A stretch of DNA of 64,000 nt from the human T2T-CHM13v2.0 reference genome, Homo sapiens. The notes under the pieces were generated by a model. That model saw nothing but the letters and a program-made list of their open reading frames with translations, was not told the DNA's origin and did not search any database. The stretch lies in assembly GCF_009914755.1 (NCBI RefSeq), contig NC_060936.1. The stretch is one strand, 5' to 3'. Made by a program: the position numbers and the translations under genes. Below are positions 56,720 through 64,000 of this stretch, piece after piece (within the stretch, counting starts at the first letter, position 1; the number at the start of each line of letters is the position of its first letter).

Positions 56720-58115
56720 AGGCACATCCCTAATCACACACGACACACACACAAAACACATGCACATCCCTAATCACACACGTACCTGGACACACACACA
56801 CATTCATCCTAATACACACATGTACCTGCACAAACACTCATCCTAATACACACATGTACCTGGACACACACACACATTCATCCTAATACACACATGTACC
56901 TGCACAAACACTCATCCTAATACACACGTACCTGCATACACACACACACACTCATCCTAATACATGTACCTGCACACACACATCCTAATACACACATGTA
57001 CCCGCACACACACACACACTCATCCTAATACATGTACCTGCACACACACATCCTAATACACACATGTACCTGCACACACACACACTCATCCTAATACACA
57101 CAAGTACCTGCACACACACATTCATCCTAATACACACATGTACCTGCACACACACACATCCTAATACACACACGTACCTGCACACACACACACTCATCCT
57201 AATACATGTACCTGCACACACACATCCTAATACACACATGTACCCGCACACACACACACTCATCCTAATACATGTACCTGCACACACACATCCTAATACA
57301 CACATGTACCTGCATACACACACACACTCATCCTAATACACACAAGTACCTGCACACACACACTCATCCTAATGCACACATGTACCTGCACACACACACT
57401 CATCCTAATATACACATGTAACTGCACACACACAGTAATCCTAATGCACACATGTACCTGCACATTCATCCTAATACATGCATATACCTGCGCACACGCA
57501 CACACACACTCATCCTATTACACACATGTACCTGCACACACATCCTAATACACACATGTACCTGCAAACACACAGCCATTCATCCTAATACACACATGTA
57601 CCTCCACACACACACTCATACTAATTCACACATGTACCTGCAAACACACATCCTAATACACACGTACCTGGAAACACACACACATTCATCCTAATACACA
57701 CATGTACCTGCACACACGCACATCCTAATACACACATGTACCTGCAAACACACACACATTCATCCTAATACACACACGTACCTGCACACACACACATCCT
57801 AATACACACATGTACCTGCAAACACACACCCATTCATCCTAATACACACATGTACCTCCACACACACACTCATACTAATTCACACATGTACCTGCACACA
57901 CACACATTCATCCTAATACATGCACGTAACTGCCCACACTCATCCTGATACACACGTGTACCTGCACACACACACATTCATCCTAATACACACATGTACC
58001 TGCACACACACATTCATCCTAATACACACATATATCTACACACATACACTCATCCTAATACACGCACGTAACTGCACACACACATTCATCCTGATACACA
58101 CATGTACCTGCACAT
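56720..58115 (+). repeat. Large CA-rich VNTR, ~30-40-bp unit, about 40 copies; low-complexity CA/CATA continues to ~58510
   Basis: Unit (ca)n-(ct/tt)catcctaatacacacatgtacctg repeated throughout. Confidence 0.95.
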
Positions 58116-58501
58116 GCACATGAGGTACACATCTTTAAGACATGAATATACATGCACATATACACATAGCCACACAGACGCAACACACATGCATATCCAA
58201 CTACACACACCCATATGTAGATGCACACACAGACACCTCTGCATTAACACAGACTCTGTCTCACACCCATTACAGCCACACCCCACACACCCATGTGTAT
58301 ACACACATGGGCATACACTTGTGCATGCATATTCCTTCACACATTCATGTACACATGCATATATACATTCACCCCACACACATATACATCTATGCATGGC
58401 ATATGACACATGACATATTCACACATCCTACACTTGCCCACACATCCATATACACACACATATGCACACATGCACATAAGTACACACATATATACACATG
58501 A

Positions 58502-58831
<330 letters not shown>

Positions 58832-60019
58832 TGACCAGGTGACACATATGTATGCATATATGTGCACACACACACACATCTAGACCAGATGCTGGCCTCC
58901 TAGCATAAGCTTGTTCACCTGCACACACAAATATTATCTACTGGCCCAGCACACACCCACCCACAGGTGTGCACACACAGATGTGTGCGAAGACCACGCA
59001 TGCACACACCTTGTGTAGGGGCTATACCTAAACATAAAATCTGCGGAAACACCACTGGAACAGCATGCATAGGCACATAAAACGTGTGTGTCCAAATATT
59101 CACTTGTACTATGTACTCAGTCACAAAGAGAAAACCATGTAACTCCAATATGTGAACCAGGAAATCTCCTAATTCTGTTTTCCTGTATGCATGCCCAGAT
59201 ATGCATGTGCACACACAAGACATGCCCAGATCCTTCTGCTCCCACTGTCTGTCCCCTATGCCCTCCCTCCCCACCCTCTCCTCTACGCACTCAGTGTGTT
59301 GATGAGGCCTAGGGGCAGACAGCAATGCCCTCTGGTCCTGAATGACCTCAAGGAAGAGGAACGGAGCAGCTGCCTGGCCTCGCCTGCTGGGAAGGGGGAC
59401 AGCAGGCAGCACAGTGGGAGTTCTGGGAGGACAGCGGAGTCCAACCCCAGCCCTGGGCTCAACCCCACCTGGCCTGACCCTGGACACCCTGATCACACTC
59501 TTCCTGACACTTGCCTACCATGCTGGGTGCTGGGGCCAGATGCAGACCCAACACACTCCAGGGTATGCAGAGGAGACCTGGAAGCTGGGGAAGAGTACAG
59601 GATCCTTTGCTTCACCCTGAAGCCCCCCGTCTGGCCGTGCTGAGCAGACAGGAAGATGACAGCACAGTGTAGGCTGGTGGGGGGGCGCCTGCCCGTCCAG
59701 CCTCCTACGCAGCAGATGGCCAGCCATCTGCAGGCCCCCTCCTCCTCCTCTCTCCCTCCCTCCTCCCAGCGTGGCCAGGCCTGGTGCTGGGGCGAGGCTG
59801 CTCGAGGCTGGCAGAGCGTGTTGGAGCCATGTGCTGCCTGGCAGGCAGGCAGGCGGGCAGGCAGTCAGGCAGGCTGGGAGGCTGCTGCTCCGAGAGAGGC
59901 ATCCAAACACACAGGCAGGCACAGCCTTCTGCGCTGCCCCACTCCTCTCCCCATATTGTGGGCACCTCTGTTCTGGGAGATTCTGGGGCTTCAGGAACAG
60001 AACAATCCTTCATCCCAAC

Positions 60020-60560
60020 ATTCATTCATTCAACAAACACTAAGTGCTTACTAAGTGCTAGGCACTGGAGATACAGGAATGAACAAAACAAATATTCGTT
60101 GACCACCTACTATGGGCCAGACACATTTTCATGAACCATGGATACAGCTGTGAGCTAAAGGAATATACATTAGATGCCTGCCCTGTGTCAGGCACTAGGC
60201 CGATGACAGCAGTGAAAGGATAAATGCTTAGTGAGCACCCACTGCATGCCAGGAGCTGGTCTGGGCACTGGGAATACAGCAGTGAACAAATTATTTGTTG
60301 AGCACCTACTGTGTGCCACACACATTTCTAGGTCCAGAGGCTAGAAGAGCAAGCAACAGCATTATTTATTACACACTTACTATGCACCAGGCTGTATGCG
60401 TTCTGGGCACTGGGGATAGAGCAGTGAATTTATTGAGCACCTAATATATGCCAGACACATTTCCAGGCACTGGGGATAGAAAAGCAAGCACAGTAACTGT
60501 TTGTTGAGTACCTACTATATGCCAGGCCCTGGGTGGTGACCAAGAAAGTCACTGTCCCCA
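60020..60560 (-). repeat. Degenerate tandem array (~8 copies of 60-70 bp) of the L2 3'-terminal module; L2 continues to ~60970
   Basis: Recurrent ttgagcacctactatgtgccag...ggcactggggata...gcagtga. Confidence 0.75.
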
Positions 60561-61379
60561 TCCTCTCTCAGTCTCCTGGGTGAGCAGCAGTGACTACATG
60601 ATGCCTCAGGCAGAACTAAGGCTGGGAGGGGAAGGACAGTGGCATTCTTACTGGCTTGATTATTTTAGACAGGCGCAGTCAGGGAAGGCCCCTCTGAGGA
60701 GGTGTCTTGGAACAGAGACCTGGGTGAAATGAGGAGGCCACCCTGAGGATGCTGGGGAGGAAAGATGTTCGTGGCAGCGGGAACAGCCAGGGTGAAGTTT
60801 CCAAAGGGAGAATGTGCTTGGTATGCCCTACATGGCCCAGAGGCCCCTGCCAGGGGAAGGAGAGGAAGCTGGTGGGAGATGAGGGGTGGGGTAGGACCCT
60901 GGTGAGGAGTCTGGGGAAACTGAGCCCTGGGAGGAGGCCCCAGGGGTTGCCAGTGGAGTGTCGGGGGGTGCCATGAGCACATAATTATGACAATGACCTT
61001 GGGTGCAGGAAGCTTTCCCTGGGCCCAGCCTCTGCCGAAGGGGGTATCAGCATTTGACCCACTGACCCTGGGACGCCAGCCCTGTAATGATGCCCATTTC
61101 ACAGGCAGGAAGACAGGACACGGAGGTCAGCTCGGATGAGAAAGCAAGGCCTGGAGCCTGCCGCTGGTCGGGTGCTCCCGATCCATCCGAGGGCAGGCCA
61201 GGGAGACAGGCTCTCTCAGCCCACACGGGCACCACCGCCGTGTCCCCACCAGGCCACGGATGGCTGGGCTCCCTGTCAGCTCCAACTGAGCAGTGGCCTC
61301 TGAAGGCAATGTCCCCGGCCGACCCTCTGCTGGCGCCTGAAGCTGTCAGCCTTGATTCCCGGCGGGCTTAGTCACCCCA

Positions 61380-61560
61380 TACCAGTGACATTTATTTATT
61401 CCCTCACGAGGGAGCGTGGAGAGAATTAATTATTTAGCACCGAGGAAGCACTTTGAACATGAAAGTGCTGAGGAGGGCCTGACATTACAGAGAATAATGT
61501 TCCCTCCTCGCTCCGCCTGCGGCTCCGGATGGCAGAGCTGTCAACCCCCAGGGTCCCACG
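61380..61560. promoter_or_regulatory. Candidate enhancer core
   Basis: TE-free; tgacattta, aattaattattt, tgacattac, ctgtcaa motifs amid retained CpGs. Confidence 0.35.
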
Positions 61561-61952
61561 ATGGGGGCGGAACCCCCACCAATCCGCCGTGCCAGGAGGC
61601 GGGGGAAAAAGGCTCTGAACTTAAAAATTTCCCTTCTGTAAAAGGAGGGAAGAGAGTGAAGGAAAGAAGGAGGGAGGGAGGAAGAAAAGGAAAGGAAACA
61701 AGAAAGAGGAAGAAGGTTCCACGCACGTCTTCCAGCCACTGCACACGGGTAAGCTGGAAGGCAGAGCAGAGCTGAGTCACAAGGACATCAGTATGGCTCA
61801 GAAAGCATTTTCTCTCCGCTATTTCCCAAGGTCTTCAAAACACGGGGGGCTGTCAGCACAGACCCATTTCACAACAAGGAAACCGAGGCTCAGAGAAGAG
61901 CGGCACCTTGCTTGAGGTCATACAGTGTGGCCACAGTAGCTGGGAACTAAAT

Positions 61953-62445
61953 CTGTGTGTGCGCTTGCGTGTGTGTGCGGGCATGTGTGTGCGTGTGTGT
62001 GCGCGGGCATGTATGTGCGTGTGTGTTTGCGGGCATGTGTGTGTGCGTGTGTGTGTGTGTCCGGGCATGTGTGTGTATGTGTGTGCCTGGGCATGTGTGT
62101 ATGTGTGTGCGCGTGCACGCGCGGGCATATGTGTGCGTGCGGGCATGTGCGTGTGTGCCGGCATGTGTGTTCGTGTGTGTGTGTGTGTGTGCGTGCGTGC
62201 GCGGGCATTTGTGTGCGGTCATGTGTGTCCGTGTGTGTATGTGCGGGCATGTATGTGCGTGTGTGTGCGGGCATGTGTGTGTGCGCGCGCGAGCATGTGT
62301 GGGGGGGCATGTGTGTCCGTGTGTGTGTGCGGGCATGTGTGTGCGTGTGTGTGTGTGTGTGGGCATGTGTGTGCAGGCGTGTGTGTGCGGGCATGTGTGT
62401 GGGGGCATGTGTGTGCATGTGTGTATGTGCGCATGCTCACCTGTG
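61953..62445 (+). repeat. GT/GC-rich VNTR, ~20-30-bp unit (gt)n-gcgggcat
   Basis: Direct reading. Confidence 0.95.
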
Positions 62446-63394
62446 TGTCAGGGGTAGCCCTGTCTGAATGCAGCTGCCAAGGTCCTCACCTTTGGCGGGA
62501 CATGTCCCCAAGCCCCTGCTCCCCAGGCACCGGAATCCCCAGGGCGCATGACACTGGCCACACCACAGCAGAGGCCAGCAGAGACCCCGGGGTCAGCCCT
62601 TGACGCTGAGCCTCTCTCCCTCCTACCGCTCTGAGGATTCCCACGCTGGGGCTTCCCCCAGCCTCTCCGCCACCTCGGGACAGAGGCAGGGAGGAGAGAT
62701 CTGGGTGAGGTGGGGAGCAAGGGATAGGGGTAGTAAGAAACAGTCTGGCAGGGAGTTGGAAGTTCAAAGTTTGATTTGACTCCGTATTTACCCAAAGGAA
62801 ATCCAACAGGGGGGAAATATACAGCTGGAACTGGAAGCGCCCAGTTTGCCGTCCCTGCAGGTTCCACGGTCTTTGCTCCTCTCTTCAGAGAGAAAAAGGC
62901 TGGGGGTTGCGCTCAAGCCCCCTGTAAGTCAGAACCAGGACACCCTAGCGGAAGAGGAGACCTGGAGGTCTCAGGGGTGTCTCCGTGCTTCCTTCTGCCC
63001 CGCGGCCCCAGCTACGTCTGATTCGCCTCCACTCACCCCGGGGGCCAGGACCATGCCTGCATTCAGTAGGCGCCCAGTGCATGCTCAGGGGACCTGAATG
63101 TTATCTGAGGGCCCCTGTAAAATGAAATACAAAAGAACTAGGGGAAGCAGAGGCCTTGCTCAGGCAGGTACATAACCTCTGGTGCCTCCATTTCCTTATC
63201 TGTAAAACAGGAGCAAAAGCGACGGAACCGCAGTATAGATGGGAGGAGCCTAGTGCTTATTCCCAAGGGGCTTAAAACAGCACCTGGCCTGCGTGAAGTA
63301 CTTGTTCAGTCCAAGCTATCATCTGGGCACATCCCCTGACAGATGCTTGATCTTCACAGCAACCTATGTGCAGGTCCTTGTGAGCCCATTGTAC

Positions 63395-63647
63395 TTATTT
63401 AAGAGACAGGGTCTCACTCTGTGGCCCAGGCTGGAGTACAGCGCCATGATCACCGCACTGCAGTCTTGACCTTCTGGGCTCAAGCGATCCTCCCACCTCA
63501 GTCTCCCAAGTACCTGGGACTACAGGCACACACCACCACGCCCGGCTAACGTTTTTATAATTTGTAGAGACCAGGTCTTGCTGTGTTGCCCAGGCTGGTC
63601 TCAAACTCCTGGCCTCAAGCAATCCTCCTGCCTCAGCCTCCCAAAGC
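63395..63647 (-). mobile_element. AluJ, 5'-truncated, inside an antisense MIR
   Basis: J diagnostics; stops at cctcccaaag. Confidence 0.88.
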
Positions 63648-64000
63648 TGTTTTGTTATTATTACTGTTCAGATGATGACACTGAGGCCCAGATAAATGAA
63701 GTAACTTGCTCAAGGCCACCCAGCTAGAAAGTGCCTGGGCTGGATTCAAGCCTGTCACCCCGCCCCTGCCTCCTAGACAGACAAATGGCTTAGACAAGAG
63801 GGCAGGGGCTTTCCTGGTGGGAGGGGGCTGACCTCGAGGACTCCCAGTTCAGACTGTGGGAGTCTCTTGATGCTAATCAGGCCCCCGGGGGTGGCCTTGA
63901 GGCCTCCCTGCACGGCCACCCTCAGAGAGCATAACTGAATGCTATGTGCTTTGAACCAGAAAATGCTCCCGGCTATAAATTAGGGGACCGCCCAAGGGCA

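Noticed and set aside
56720-58115. CRISPR-like repeat-spacer array (also considered for 7609-7810 and 60020-60560)
   Set aside because: Spacers are (CA)n or mutually homologous rather than unique; primate context; no cas genes.
61447-61469. 8-bp stem agcacttt/aaagtgct resembling miR-17/302 seed sequences
   Set aside because: Too short for a pre-miRNA; expected by chance in 64 kb.
61853-62603. Cys/Val- and His/Thr-rich ORFs (also at 18.2-18.9 kb and 57-58.6 kb)
   Set aside because: Stop-free frames of CA/GT VNTRs, not metallothionein-like or zinc-finger genes.

Overview
Human or closely related primate genomic DNA, repeat-dense and apparently non-coding (intergenic or intronic). I cannot place it on a chromosome from sequence alone. 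I recognise no protein-coding exon, RNA gene or CRISPR array. The ORF track is explained by Alu, simple-repeat and GC-rich noise, except for one fossil L1 ORF2 reverse-transcriptase fragment (~47.9-48.36 kb). The window holds about 28 Alus, many MaLR LTRs (MLT1/MST/THE1D), ERV LTRs (two MER41A, LTR8, MER77-like), old L1M, L2 and MIR fragments, hAT MITEs (MER58A/B, MER3, Charlie1-type), three large CA/GT-rich VNTRs and several TE-free blocks rich in homeobox motifs that look like enhancers. Repeat subfamily names come from remembered consensus sequences and need RepeatMasker/Dfam confirmation. I found no multi-gene 'system'. The best leads are: (1) an 85-nt pre-miRNA-like hairpin (39-bp stem, one G-U pair, 7-nt loop, 43509-43593) formed by fold-back at the end of a local 170-bp templated duplication; (2) a probable developmental enhancer at ~46.0-46.7 kb bracketed by an old ~250-bp direct duplication; (3) a 3'-truncated, TSD-flanked L1 insertion that looks internally primed; (4) an AluY marking a deletion junction; (5) two tandem arrays born from L2 sequence.
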